From positions 1-64,000 of the forward strand of contig NIVC01001709.1 of assembly GCA_002269645.1 (NCBI GenBank): DNA of 64,000 nt, written 5' to 3'. Below are positions 1 to 15,448 of the stretch, piece by piece. How positions within the stretch are numbered: position 1 is the stretch's first letter; every line of letters starts with the position of its first letter. The notes beneath the pieces were generated by a model. That model searched no databases and was not told the DNA's origin. It saw nothing but the letters and a program-made list of their open reading frames with translations. Both the position numbers and the translations under genes were made by a program. The stretch is from Macrostomum lignano (lineage: Eukaryota).

Positions 1-104
1 GTGGCAGATAGATGCTAATTAGGTCGCAGCTGGATGCTATTTAGGTGGCAGCTGGATGCTAATTAGGTGGCAGCTAGATGCTAATTACACCTGAAGTGTT
101 CCAG

Positions 105-2341
<2,237 letters not shown>

Positions 2342-2369
2342 TGAGCAGACTAGGTTAACAGATGCGACC

Positions 2370-2645
2370 TTGGCTGACCCGGTTGCCACCCTGGTTTCTA
2401 GTTTCATGATGACCTTAGCTGACCCTTTATCAACTGGCTTGACCTTAGCTGACCCCTGTTTTAACTGGCTTGACCTTAGCTGACCCCTGTTTTAACTGGC
2501 TTGACCTTAGCTGACCCTTGTTTTAACTGGCTTGACCTTATCTGACCCCTGTTTTAACTGGCTTGATCTTATCTGACCCCTGTTTTAACTGGCTTGATCT
2601 TATCTGACCCCTGTTTTAACTGGCTTGACCTTAGCTGACCCCTGA
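2370..2645. repeat. ~30-bp minisatellite (GACCTTAGCTGACCCCTGTTTTAACTGGCTT)
   Basis: About 9 tandem copies visible. Confidence 0.9.
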
Positions 2646-3525
2646 TTAAACTCGCGTAAAATTTGGTGATCCTATTAAAACTGCCGTAACCTTGATTGAC
2701 CCCGCTTTTTTATTTGACCTTAAGAATCAGACCTGATCTACATGTATTCATTCCACAGTGCAACTGCAGCATTAGTACTCGTATATTGCGATTCAGCAAG
2801 TGCTAATCAGACTTGCTTAGAATAATCTTTCATTTGCGGAATTTCAGAGCTTCATGTTCGCGAAATAGAGAATTTTTGTGCCTTAAATTTGTTTAGCTAT
2901 CAATCACTGAGTTGTCATTATTTCTGTAAGTACATTCGTATTCATTTTCATTAACTCTTTCAGATCAGTAAAAGAGTAAGTATTAATAGACACTATTCAT
3001 AATTCTAGAAATTGTTTTCAGATTTAGATGCAAAATGCTTCTGACTGGGAGATATTAGCAAGCTTATTTGAGTCTTTATACCTTGAGCGGAATATTAAAT
3101 ACACCGTCATTTCTTTGTAACTCCCAGCGAGTTGCCCAGTTTTGACCATAGAGCATGTGCAGACCAGCAGTTCTTGTCCTTTATTCCTGATTCTAAAACC
3201 GTGATTCACTTCTCGGTCTTATTGGCACTCAAAATGATTGCATTGTGCGATTTGCGTGTGAGGTTGAGTTGTGCCTTGAGTCCGTGCCACTAAACTCTGC
3301 CGCTGACAGAGCGTTCTGGGCTGCCACCAATGTAAGAGCTGCGAATTTACGGTAACTCCTAAAGGTCAGAGGTTAAAGTGCACAGAGAGCACGTGATCAA
3401 ACAGGTGGAATACGATAGCAAATACAAGCTCAAAGGCGCAACTCAACCTGACATGAGAACCTCACAGCACTACTCGTGAGTAGGCACTCAAGCTTATGCA
3501 TAAACCGTCCCCGCAGCCGGCAGCC

Positions 3526-6221
3526 ATGCCCGACCCCGTCGCCGCCGACCAGCAGAGCGCCCTTTCCAGCTGGCTGAACTCCGTGGCCCCGGAGCGAATC
3601 TTCTGCGGTGTCCTTGGCTTCTTCTGGCTCACCTACCTGTGGGAGAACTACCTGGCCTGGCGGCAGTACAAACTCATGCGCGACTCGCCTCAGCTGCCCG
3701 AGGCCGCCCGGCAGCTTACGGACGACCAGACCTACGCCAAGGCCCGGGCCTACAGCATCGACAAGAGCCGGTACAGTGCTGTCCGCGGCCTCTGGTCGCA
3801 GCTCCTGTTCACCTTCATCCTGCTAGCCGAGCTCATGCCCCGCCTGTGGGCCGTGGCCGGCCGCCATCTGGACAGCCTGGCCGGCCTGATGCCAGCCGCG
3901 GCCAGCTGCCGCAGTCGATGGTGTTCCTGGTGTACGTCATGCTGCTGTCCTTCCTAATCGACCTGCCCTGGTCGGTGTACAAGAACTTCGTGCTGGAGGC
4001 CAGGCACGGCTTCAACAAGCAGACACCGGGTTTCTACGCCAAGGACCAGCTTAAGAGCCTGCTGCTGAGCATGGCCATCGGCCTGCCGATCGCCGCCGCC
4101 CTGCTCTGGCTGATCGAGCGTGGCGGGCCGTACTTCTACGTGTACGCCTGGCTTCTGGCCTCCGTTGTGATTTTCGTTCTCATGCTGGTGTACCCCAGCT
4201 TCATTGCGCCCCTGTTTGACACGTACGAGCCGCTGCGCGAGGGCCAGCTGAAGCAGCGCATTGAAGATCTGGCTAAGCGGCTGGAGTTCCCGCTGACCCA
4301 GCTGCTGGTGAGACGGTTGGGCGAATGCGGTTAACTGAGAACACTCAATTGCATGGAGTGGGGTTAGAGCTCGGGTGTGGGTGACAGGCGGGTGCGAGGC
4401 TTGGGTGGATGACATTGGCTTGAGGTAGGTGAGAGTAGCTTGGGGTGGGTGACAGTGGCTTGTGATGGGTGACAGCGGCTTGGGGTTGGTGACAGCGGCT
4501 TGGAGTGGGTGAGAGTGCCTTGGGGTGGGTGAGAGTAGCTTGGGGAGTGTGAGAGTGGCTTGGGTGGGTAAGAGTAGGTTGGGGTGGGTAAGAGTAGGTT
4601 GGGGAGGGTAAGAGTAGGTTGGGGTGGGTAAGAGTAGGTTGGGGAGGGTAAGAGTAGGTTGGGGTGGGTAAGAGTAGGTTGGGGTGGGTAAGAGTAGGTT
4701 GGGGTGGGTAAGAGTAGGTTGGGGTGGGTAAGAGTAGGTTGGGGTGGGTAAGAGTAGGTTGGGGTGGGTGAGAGTAGGTTGGGTGGGTAAGAGTAGGGTG
4801 GGGTGGGTGAGAGTGAATGAGAGCCGCCGGCTGGGTGAGAGGCCGTCAGCCGGCGAGGAGTTCACTCAGAATCGCCGGCACCTCCCCGCAGGTGATCGAG
4901 GGTTCGCGCCGCTCGGCCCATAGCAACGCCTACTTATTCGGGCTGTGGCGCAGCAAGCGCATTGTGCTGTTCGACACCCTAATCGAAGGCTACCAGATGC
5001 AGTCGGTGAAGGAAAAGGAGGAGAAGGAGCGGGAAAAACGGGAGAAGGAGAAGGCCGCCGAAGGCCAGGGTGAGAAAAGCGACGAGGCGAAAGCGGAACC
5101 GGATTCTGCAGCCGGCGAGGAAAAGGAAAAGGAGGCCAAGAAGGGCTGCAACGATGATGAGATTCTGGCCGTGCTGGGTCACGAGCTGGGCCACTGGTCT
5201 CTGGGCCACAACGTGTCCAACATTTTCATCAGCGAGGTCAACCTGTTCCTCATGTTCTTCGCCTTCGGCCAGCTCCTTAACTGCCACTCTGCGTTCGCCG
5301 CCTTCGGCTTCCAGCAGCCGGCGCCGCTGCTGCTCCGGCTGGCCTTCGTGCTGGAGTTCCTGCTGTCGCCATACAATGAGCTGCTCGGCTTCGCCATGAT
5401 CTGCCTCACCCGCCTGTTCGAGTTCCAGGTGCGCTCGCCGCTGCTCAACCTCTTGCTCTCTATCCCCATCCTCCCTCTCCCTCTCCCTCTCCTCCCTCTC
5501 CCTCTTCTCCCTCTCCCTCTCCTCCCTCTCCCTCTCCCTCTCCTCCCTCTCCCTCTTCTCCCTCTCTAGTCTCCCTCTCCCTCTTCTCCCTCTCCCTCTT
5601 CTCCCTCTCCCTCTTCTCCCTCTCCCCCTCCCTCTTCTCCCTCTCCAGTCTCCCTCTCCCTCTTCTCCCTCTCCCTCTTCTCCCTATCCCTCTTCTCCCT
5701 CTCCCCCTCCCTCTTCTCCCTCTCCAGTCTCCCTCTCCCTCTTCTCCCTCTCCCTCTTCTCCCTCTCCCTCTTCTCCCTCTCCCCCTCCCTCTTCTCCCT
5801 CTCCAGTCTCCCTCTCCCTCTTCTCCCTCTCCCTCTTCTCCCTCTCCCCCTCCCTCTTCTCCCTCTCCAGTCTCCCTCTCCCTCTTCTCCCTCTCCCCTC
5901 CCTTTTCTCCCTGTCTCTCTCCTCCCTCTCACCACTGTACCTCTTCTTCATCTCCTCAGCTTTTACTACTAGCAGTAGCCATTCATATAATTGCTTATAA
6001 AATTTCATTCTTTTTTTCAAACTTAGGCCGACCGATTCTCAGTGAGGCTGGGCTTTGGCCAGCAGCTGAAGACGGCGCTAATTAAACTGCACACGGACAA
6101 CCTGTCCTACCCGCTGTTTGACCCGCTGTACAGCGCTTTCAATCACTCGCACCCCACTGTGCTGCACCGGCTGGCCGCTATTGATCAGGCCGAGGCCGAG
6201 GACGAGGCCAAGACTAAATAG
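3526..6221 (+). CDS. ZMPSTE24: CAAX prenyl protease 1 (peptidase M48), 3 exons, one frameshift near 3890
   Basis: Exons 3526-4307, 4892-5428 and 6027-6221. Motifs HGFNKQT, LFDTYEPL, SRRSAHSNAY, KRIVLFDTL, zinc-binding HELGH, EFQ|AD and HSHPTVLHRL. Confidence 0.93.
4370..4815. repeat. G-rich 20-bp minisatellite (GGGGTGGGTAAGAGTAGGTT) in ZMPSTE24 intron 1
   Basis: Direct tandem copies. Confidence 0.92.
5460..5935. repeat. CT-rich polypyrimidine tandem repeat in intron 2 (second copy at 8434-9010)
   Basis: Direct. Confidence 0.92.
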
Positions 6222-7384
6222 GGGGAGTCTCAGTGCCGTTTCTTGGATTTCATTCCGTAGGGAGGCCGTCTGTAGCCATACTTTATATAGATTCTTTAAC
6301 TGCCCTCTGCCGACACTTATAGGTGTGCCTGAAACTGCTTAGCACAGGGATGGAGATTGGATGAAATCAGAGAGTGAAATAGATGAGTGGAAGTGAGATT
6401 AGAGAGTGGGATAGATAAGAGATGAGATTAGAGAGAGTTAGATAAGAGGAGATGAGATTAGAGGGCGAGATAGATAATAGGCGAGATATGAGACTGTGAT
6501 AGATAAGAGAAGGTGAGATTAGAGGGTGAGATAGATAATAGGCGAGAGATTAGAAACTGGATAGATAAGAGTAGGTAAGATTAGAGAAAGAGATAGATAG
6601 TGATTGTGTAATCAGAGTGTTTGCTGGGATTAAAGAGTTCGATGAGACATAAAATATGAGATTAGCGAAACTAGATAAGTGAAAAGAGAAGTGAGATCAC
6701 TTTTTAGACACTTCGTATATGTTGATAAGAAAATGGATTCAGCACAGCTCTATTTATATGATTGATATCAAAATATGTTCATTTCTGTCATGTATCCGCT
6801 GTCCTTTGTTAGCTCGATAATTGCTAAATTTGCTCCGAGTTTTTCGGATGTATTTTTTCATAGCCTGCTGTATGATTTTTCAAATATTTATTCTGAGTTA
6901 GGCAAGCAGTGAGGGCCAGGGACCGGAGCCCAGTGCATCCAAGCATTAATTTTGTTTAATTTCATTCGATAATACTTGATTACAGCGCTACTTCTAGTAG
7001 TGAATTAAAAACACAAAGTCTGCTTTATTAAGCTTTTATTTTATTTTCTGTCTTTAAGGCTAAAATAAATCAAATAATATTTGTAGCTGTCAACCCCGTG
7101 CGCTGCGATTCGCTCAAGTTCTTTGCAGTCTGCTAAAGGCAAAACAATATATACTTTACAGTTGTGTACTCCTGCGGCTGCGTGCCAAACTTTGGTTTGT
7201 CAGTCTGACATCATCTGGCTTGAACTAGTGTAGCTCTGATCAATATAATTCAATAAATTTATGCGGCCAAAGCTTCCGCTTCATTTGGTTAAGGGCGAGT
7301 TGGCCTGTGGGGCAAAAAATCGTGCTATTTTCATTCTGGCTTCATTTTTGATGAATAAAATGTCCATCAGAAATGGAGTCCAGC

Positions 7385-7890
7385 AAAGGAGGTTACAGAC
7401 AGTCCGGCACAGGATGTGACAAGCATTCCGGCACAGGTCACAGACATTCCAGTGCAGGAAGTCACCGACATTCCAGTGCAGGAAGTCACAGACAGTCCAG
7501 CGCAGGAGGTCACAGACAGTCCGGCGCAGGAGGTCACAGACATTCCGGCACAGGAGGTGACAGACAGTCCAGCGCAGGAGGTCACAGGCAGTCCGGCGCA
7601 GGAGGTCACAGACATTCCGGCACAGGAGGTGACAGACAGTCCAGCGCAGGAGGTCACAGGCAGTCCGGCGCAGGAGGTCACAGACATTCCGGCACAGGAG
7701 GTGACAGACAGTCCAGCGCAGGAGGTCACAGGCAGTCCGGCGCAGGAGGTCACAGACATTCCGGCACAGGAGGTGACAGACAGTCCAGCCCAGGTGACAG
7801 ACAGTCCAGGACAGGAGGCCGCAGACAGTCCAGCACGGGAGGTGACAGACAGTCTAGCACAGGAGGCCACAGACAGTCAAGCACAGCCCG
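7385..7890. repeat. 21-bp minisatellite (GCACAGGAGGTCACAGACAGT-type); related arrays at 10490-11000 and 12797-13625
   Basis: Direct; it gives the AQEVTDS pseudo-ORFs. Confidence 0.92.
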
Positions 7891-8337
7891 GTGTAAAATG
7901 GTTAGCATGGTTGTGACACTCGAGGACACTCGCTCTGTTACACCCTTCCAAAAATGACACTAAACGACACTTATCTCTACTGTCGCCGGCACGACACTGA
8001 CGTGCGACACTGCCCTAAGACATTGGCCTGGATTGTCGCCGGCACGACACTGACATGCGACACTGCCCTACGACACTGACATGCGACACTGCCCTACGAC
8101 ACTGGCCTGGACTGTCGCCGGCACGACACTGACATGCGACACTGCCCTAAGACATTGGCCTGGACTGTCGCCGGCACGACACTGACATGCGACACTGCCC
8201 TACAACACTGGCCTGGACTGTCGCCGGCACGACACTGACATGCGACACTGCCCTAAGACACTCATCTGACACTCATCCGACACTCATGTGACACTCATCC
8301 GACACTCATCTGACACTCATCCGACACTCATGTGACA

Positions 8338-11300
8338 CAGAGGTTAAAGTACACAGAGAGCACGTGACCAAACAGGTGGAATACGATAGCAAATACAAGC
8401 TCGAAGGCGCAACTCAACCTGATATGAGAACCTTCTCCCTCTCCAGTCTCCCTCTCCCCTCTTCTCCCTCTCCCTCTTCTCCCTCTCCCTCTTCTCCCTC
8501 TCCAGTCTCCGTCTCCCTCTTCTCCGTCTCCCTCTTCTCCGTCTCCCTCTTCTCCCTCTCCCCTCCCTCTTCTCCCTCTCCAGTCTCCCTCTCCCTCTTC
8601 TCCCTCTCCCCCTCCCTCTTCTCCGTCTCCCTCTTCTCCGTCTCCCTCTTCTCCCTCTCCCCTCCCTCTTCTCCCTCTCCAGTCTCCCTCTCCCTCTTCT
8701 ACCTCTCCCCCTCCCTCTTCTCCCTCTCCAGTCTCCCTCTCCCCTCTTCTCCCTCTCCCTCTTCTCCCTCTCCAGTCTCCCTCTCCCCTCTTCTCCCTCT
8801 CCCTCTTCTCCCTCTCCCCCTCCCTCTTCTCCTTCTCCAGTCTCCCTCTCCCCTCTTCTCCCTCTCCCTCTTCTCCCTCTCCCCCTCCCTCTTCTCCCTC
8901 TCCCCCTCCCTCTTCTCCCTCTCCCTTTTCTCCCTTCTCCACCTCCTTCCCTCTCTCCTTCTTTCCTCTCCTTCCCTCTCCCTTTTCTCCCTGTCTCTCT
9001 CCTCCCTCTCACCACTGTACCTCTTCTTCATCTCCTCAGCTTTTACTACTAGCAGTAGCGATTCATATAATTGCTTATAAAATTTCATTCTTTTTTTCAA
9101 ACTTAGGCCGACCGATTCTCAGTGAGGCTGGGCTTCGGCCAGCAGCTGAAGACGGCGCTAATTAAACTGCACACGGACAACCTGTCCTACCCGCTGTTTG
9201 ACCCGCTGTACAGTGCGTTCAATCACTCGCACCCCAGTGCTGCACCGGCTGGCCGCTATTGATCAGGCCGAGGCCGAGGACGAGGCCAAGACTAAATAGG
9301 CGGAGTCTCAGTGCCGTTTCTTGGATTTCATTCCGTAGGGAGGCCGTCTGTAGCCATACTTTATATAGATTCTTTAACTGCCCTCTGCCGACACTTATAG
9401 GTGTGCCTGAAATTGCTTAGCACAGGGATGGAGATTGGATGAAATTAAAGAGTGAAATAGATGAGTGGAAGTGAGATTAGAGAGTGGGATAGATAAGAGA
9501 TGAGATTAGAGAGAGTTAGATAAGAGGAGATGAGATTAGAGGGTGAGATAGATAAGAGGGGTGAGATTAGAGGGTGAGATAGATAAGAGGGGTGAGATAA
9601 GAGGGTAAGATAGATAAGAGGGGTGAGATTAAAGGGTGAGATAGATAATAGGCGATAGATTAGAAACTGGGATAGATAAGAGAAGGTAAGATTAGAGAAA
9701 GAGATAGATAGTGATTGTGTAATCAGAGTGTTTGCTGGGATTAAAGAGTTCGATGAGACATAAAATATGAGATTAGCGAAACTAGATAAGAGAAAAGAGA
9801 GGTGAGATCACTTTTTAGACACTTCGTATATATGGATAAGAAAATGGATTCAGCACAGCTCAATTTATATGATTGATATCAAAATATGTTCATTTCTGTC
9901 ATGTATCCGCTGTCCTTTGTTAGCTCGATAATTGCTAAATTTGCTCCGAGTTTTTCGGATGTAATTTTTCATAGCCTGCTGTATGACTTTTCAAATATTT
10001 ATTCTGAGTTAGGCAAGCAGTGAGGGCCAGGGACCGGAGCATCCAAGCATTAATTTTGTTTAATTTCATTCGATAATACTTGATTACAGCGCTACTTCTA
10101 GTAGTGCATTAAAAACACAAAGTCTGCTTTATTAAGCTTTTATTTTATTTTCTGTCTTTAAGTCTAAAATTAATCAAATAATATTTGTAGCTGTCAACCC
10201 CGTGCGCTGCGATTCGCTCAAGTTCTTTGCAGTCTGCTAAAGGCAAAACAATATTTACTTTACAGTTGTGTACTCATGCGGCTGCATGCCAAACTTTGGT
10301 TTGTCAGTCTGACATCATCTGGCTTGAACTAGTGTAGCTCTGATCAATATAATTCAATAAAGTTATGCGGCCAAAGCTTCCGCTTCATTTGGTTAAGGGC
10401 GAGTTGGCCTGTGGGGCAAAAAATCGTGCTAGTTTCATGCTGACTTGTCATTTTTTGATTAATAAAATGTCTATCAGAAATAGAGTCCAACACAGGAAGT
10501 CACAGAAAGTCCAGCACAGGAGGTCACAGACATTCCGGCACAGGAGGTGACAGACAGTCTAGCAAAGGAGGCCACAGACAGTCCAGCACAGGAGGTCACA
10601 GACAGTCCAGGACAGGAGGCCACAGACAGTCCAGCACAGGAGGTCACAGACAGTCCGGCACAGGAGGTGACAGACATTCCGGCACAGGAGGTGACAGACA
10701 GTCTAGCAAAGGAGGCCACAGACAGTCCAGCACAGGAGGTCACAGACAGTCCAGGACAGGAGGCCACAGACAGTCCAGCACAGGAGGTCACAGACAGTCC
10801 GGCACAGGAGGTGACAGACATTCCGGCACAGGAGGTGACAGACAGTCTAGCAAAGGAGGCCACAGACAGTCCAGCACAGGATGTGACAGACAGTCCAGGA
10901 CAGGAGGCCACAGACAGTCCAGCACAGGAGGTCACAGACAGTCCGGCACAGGATGTGACAGACAGTCCAGCACAGGAGGCCACAGACAGTCAAGCACAGC
11001 CCGGTATAAAATGGTTAGCATGGTTGTGACACTCGAGGACACTCGCACTGTCACACCCTTCCAAAAATGACACTAAACGACACTTATCTCTACTGTCGCC
11101 GGCACGACACTGACATGCGACACTGCCCTACGACACTGGCCTGGACTGTCGCCGGCACTACAATGACGTGCGACACTACCCTACGACACTGGCCTAAACT
11201 GTCGCCGGCACGACACTGACATGCGAAACTGCCCTACGACACTGGCCTGGACTGTCGCCGGCACGACACTGACGTGCGACACTGCCCTAAGACACTCATC

Positions 11301-11340
11301 TGACACTCATCCGACACTCATGTGACACTCATCCGACACT
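8338..11340 (+). pseudogene. Partial tandem duplicate of the ZMPSTE24 locus retaining only the last exon (9107-9299, 2-bp deletion)
   Basis: 8338-8433 matches 3367-3462 and is fused directly to the intron-2 CT repeat. 8434-11340 parallels 5460-8337. The exon copy reads CACCCCAGTGCTG versus CACCCCACTGTGCTG in the original. Confidence 0.85.
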
Positions 11341-11558
11341 TATCTGACACTCATCCGACACTGATCTGACACTGCCCGACACGTATCCGACACTGCCCGA
11401 CACTTATCCGACACTCATCCCACACTGCCCGACATTCATCCGACACTCATCCGACACTGCCCGACACGCATCCGACACTCATCCGATACTGCCCGACACT
11501 CATCCGACACTGCCCGACACTCATCCGACACTGCCCGACACTCATCCGACACTCATAG

Positions 11559-12796
11559 TCTTCGAAGGAAAAGTCAACAACTAAAAGAAAGAATAAATCG
11601 GCTGATAACGATAAGTTCAGCAGTGAAAACACCGCCTACTGGATTGTCCGTTTTCAAGATCCGAAACGGCAAGTGGCTTCAGTTAGCCAGACCCAATTTT
11701 CAAACAGTTCCGGCACCGAGGGTCAGCAGGAATACTCCGTGAGAGATGAAGTACGAGTTCGAGTAGCCAAAGGTGGTAACTCAAAGGCAGCCCTGCAAGA
11801 AGCCACAATTTTCAAGGGCTTGTACTCCACTAAGGGACAATCGGAAGTTGCCTTAAAGTGCTGCAGGCAACAGCCGCTGGTACCGACCATCAACTTGGCG
11901 AGTGGGTGCACTTGTTACCCCTCTCTGCAGCAAGACCTTTCGAGTTTGCGTGCCAAAATAGAGAAAAACATGCAGATGCGTGACGAAGAGCGTCTGACTG
12001 CAAGCTACAAAGCCGAGGCGGAGGAGAAGACTGCAGAGATCTTGCGGTTGCAAGAACAAGCTGAGAAGTTGCGCTCGTCGGCGGCCGCCGACAGACAAAG
12101 CGCAGAAAAGATACTAGACAAGTATAAACGGAGCGTCGAGATGCTCAAGACTGAGTGCCGCGTCCTAGAGGAGGCATTCACTGATGCCGCACTGGCTATG
12201 ACTCGAAATCTAAATGTTGTCAAGGATAGCAAAAAGTCATGGCTGCAATCTTCGTCACTCAGTCGCAGTCCGGAGATGACACCGCCAGACTGCATGAGGC
12301 TACGAAAGCGCTAGAGAGTGTAGCAGTCTGCAGCATCATCCCAAACAGCAATAGTGCTGCAAATGATGTGTCATTGCTACAGAGCAGTGGTCTGTTCGAA
12401 GTCGGCGAGGATGCTTCAATCGAGGCTCAGGTCAGTTACGCTAACCTGAATGCAGATGTCAAAATTCCGGCCAGTAGCCTTGCCACGGCAAAATGAGCTT
12501 TTCGTGAGCACTTAAAGGGTGCATCCGCCGGTTCTAACGAAGGCGACTCCCAGAAAACAAACAAGAACGGAAAGAAGGGCCGGCAGAAGTCCGATACCAC
12601 AGCATTGGACAGAGGTCTGCGAGTTCTCCTCCGGGCGTGTTTCACACCCGAGGAAATGGCCAAAACGTCTTACCAAGGAAGAGCCATCAAAGACGGCGCC
12701 AACAGACCGGCTGCCGATGAACGTCAAGGAACAGCCATAGAATCTTTTCTAGATGCAATGGGGCTGAAAAGCATCGGTCTGCGCAGAATTCGGTGA
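11559..12796 (+). pseudogene. BEND5-like protein (N-terminal YWIVRF domain, coiled coil, C-terminal BEN-like domain) with a frameshift and an in-frame TGA
   Basis: The frame is open from 11559 (YWIVRFQD...EATIFKG), followed by a coiled coil and a frameshift at ~12270. A second frame, 12239-12796, has one TGA at 12494 and ends RGLRVLLRACFTPEEMAKTSYQG...RPAAD, resembling the BEN motif LLxxxFxxEEL.xxS..G...RPxLD. Confidence 0.6.
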
Positions 12797-14284
12797 CAGG
12801 CAGTCAAGCACAGTAGGTCACAGATAGTCCAGCACAGGAGGCCACAGGCAGTCAAGCACAGTAGGTCACAGACAGTCCAGCACATGTGACAGGCAGTCAA
12901 GCACAGTAGGTCACAGACAGTCAAGCACAGGAGGCCACAGACAGTCAAGCACGATAGTTCACAGACAGTCCAGCACAGGTGACAGGCAGTCAAGCTCAGT
13001 AGGTCACAGACAGTCCAGCACAGGTGACAGGCAGTAAGTGACAGGCAGTCAAGCACAGTAAGTCACAGACAGTCTAGCACAAGTGACAGGCAGTCAAGCA
13101 CAGTAGGTCACAGACAGTCCAGCACAGGAGGCTACAGACAGTCCAGCACAGGAGGCCACAGACACTCCAGCACAGGAGGCCACAGACAGTCCAGCACAGG
13201 TGACAGGCAGTCAAGCACAGTAAGTCACAGACAGTCTAGCACATGTGACAGGCAGTCAAGCACAGTAGGTCACAGACAGTCAAGCACAGGAGGCCACAGA
13301 CAGTCAAGCACGATAGTTCACAGACAGTCCAGCACAGGTGACAGGCAGTCAAGCTCAGTAGGTCACAGACAGTCCAGCACAGGTGACAGGCAGTAAGTGA
13401 CAGGCAGTCAAGCACAGTAAGTCACAGACAGTCTAGCACAAGTGACAGGCAGTCAAGCACAGTAGGTCACAGACAGTCCAGCACAGGAGGCTACAGACAG
13501 TCCAGCACAGGAGGCCACAGACACTCCAGCACAGGAGGCCACAGACAGTCCAGCACAGGTGACAGGCAGTCAAGCACAGTAGGTCACAGACAGTCAAGCA
13601 CAGGAGATCACAGACAGTCCAGCACCACCGTGATTTTCTTGAGGCCCCACATCTTTTGAATCTGGAGTAAGCTCTACAATTATTGCGTCTTATTCTGCAA
13701 GGTAGAGGCGACCTAATTAATTATGCATAAAGTTTACAAAAGCATGCAAGCAAGTCCTATTGAATTTGCTATTGCCTGTTTGAGTGCAAACCCACGTGCC
13801 CTGCACACTAATATTTGCCCTGCATGCATAAGCTATGCTGTCGATAAATTCCCGGATTTAGAACATTTATTCGGCAATTTTAGTCTGCATCGTATAAATT
13901 TAAGTCCTGCCATTGATTCTGAAAGCAGGTGGTTTGTTGCCGCTGTGGTCAAGTGCGATGGCTTAGAACAGACATTGTTGCTTTGTATACTACTGCCTTT
14001 GGTGGCTGAAGTGACTGATCGGCTGTCACTCTTGGTATGCTAGAAATTTACGATGTCTGGAACCCTGCTGCCCTTTTAGTTCACTTTGGAAAGGTTAGAA
14101 ATCGTTTTACAATACGTTCAGTGACTAAAACAATTACGTAGGGAGGACGAGACAAATGGCTTCTTTTCTCGGAAAACTTCTGAAAGCTGAGGCTATGCGA
14201 AAAAGTATAAGTAGAAGAAAAGTAGTGAAAATTGTGACTTTCAACTAGTAGCTAGTGACTAGTGCAGCTAGTAATTTCTGTATT

Positions 14285-15080
14285 AAACAACTAGTAACCT
14301 CTTTAGTAAGCAACTAATAACCTCTTTAGTAAGCAATCAGTAACCTCTTTAGTAAGCAATTAGTAACCTCTTTAGTAAGCAATTAGTAACCACTCTAGTA
14401 AGCAAGCAACCAACCTCTTTAGTAAGCAACTAGTAACCTCTTTAGTAAGCAATTAGTAACCACTTTAGTAAGCAATTAGTAACCTCTTTAGAAAGAAATC
14501 AGTAACCTCTTTAGTAAGCAAGAAATTAGTAACCTCTTTAGAAAGAAATCAGTAACCTCTTTAGTAAGCAACTAGTAACCTCTTTAGTAAACAACTAGTA
14601 ACCTCTTTAGTAAGCAATTAGTAACCTCTTTAGTAAGCAATCAGTAACCTCTTTAGTAAGCAATTAGTAACCTCTTTAGTAAACAACTAGTATCCTCTTT
14701 AGTAAGCAACTAGACCTCTTTAGTAAACAACTAGTAACCTCTTTAGTAAGCAAGCAACCAGTAACCTCTTTAGTAAGCAACTAGTAACCTCTTTAGTAAG
14801 CAACTAGTAACCTCTTTAGTAAACAACTAGTAACCTCTTTAGTAAACAACTAGTATCCTCTTTAGTAAGCAACTAGTAACCTGTTTAGTAAGCAACTAGT
14901 AACCTCTTTAGTAAACAACTAGTAACCTCTTTAGTAAGCAATTAGTAACCTCTTTAGTAAGCAACTAGTAACCTCTTTAGTAAACAACTAGTAACCTCTT
15001 TAGTAAGCAATTAGTAACCTCTTTAGAAAGCAACTAGTATCCTCTTTAGCAAGCAATTAGTAACTTCTTTAGTAAGCAAC
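14285..15080. repeat. 21-bp minisatellite (TAGTAACCTCTTTAGTAAGCA-type)
   Basis: About 37 copies visible. Confidence 0.95.
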
Positions 15081-15448
15081 AGTCTCTATTATCGTTCTTC
15101 AAAGCGTCTAAACGAAGCTAAAAGAACCTTTTTGAAAAGTTGAATGTGATTTTTCTAGGCACCTGTTCCGTCCTCAGTCTTCTCTAGTGTTTGTTAATAA
15201 ATCACACACGCAGTGCATAGAACTGATGCAGCAGTTGCACTCGATCGATATCAGAGCGTTGCAAGCCACCTCCCTCCAGCATCCGGAACACGTATTTGCC
15301 ATTGGGGCTAGAAGGCCTGACCGGAATGGCACTGGCCAAGGCAAACTTGGTGGCCAAGTGGGTACCGCCGGGCGTTGCTGCCTCAGGCGTTCAGCCTGAG
15401 CTGAGCTCGATTGAGAATTTTCTAACCTCGCGAAACCAACTGTAGAAG

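Noticed and set aside
7367-7957. AQEVTDS repeat proteins (also 10474-11029)
   Set aside because: Minisatellite open in several frames, with no splice or codon support.
13723-14043. 106-aa ORF
   Set aside because: No recognisable motif on either strand.
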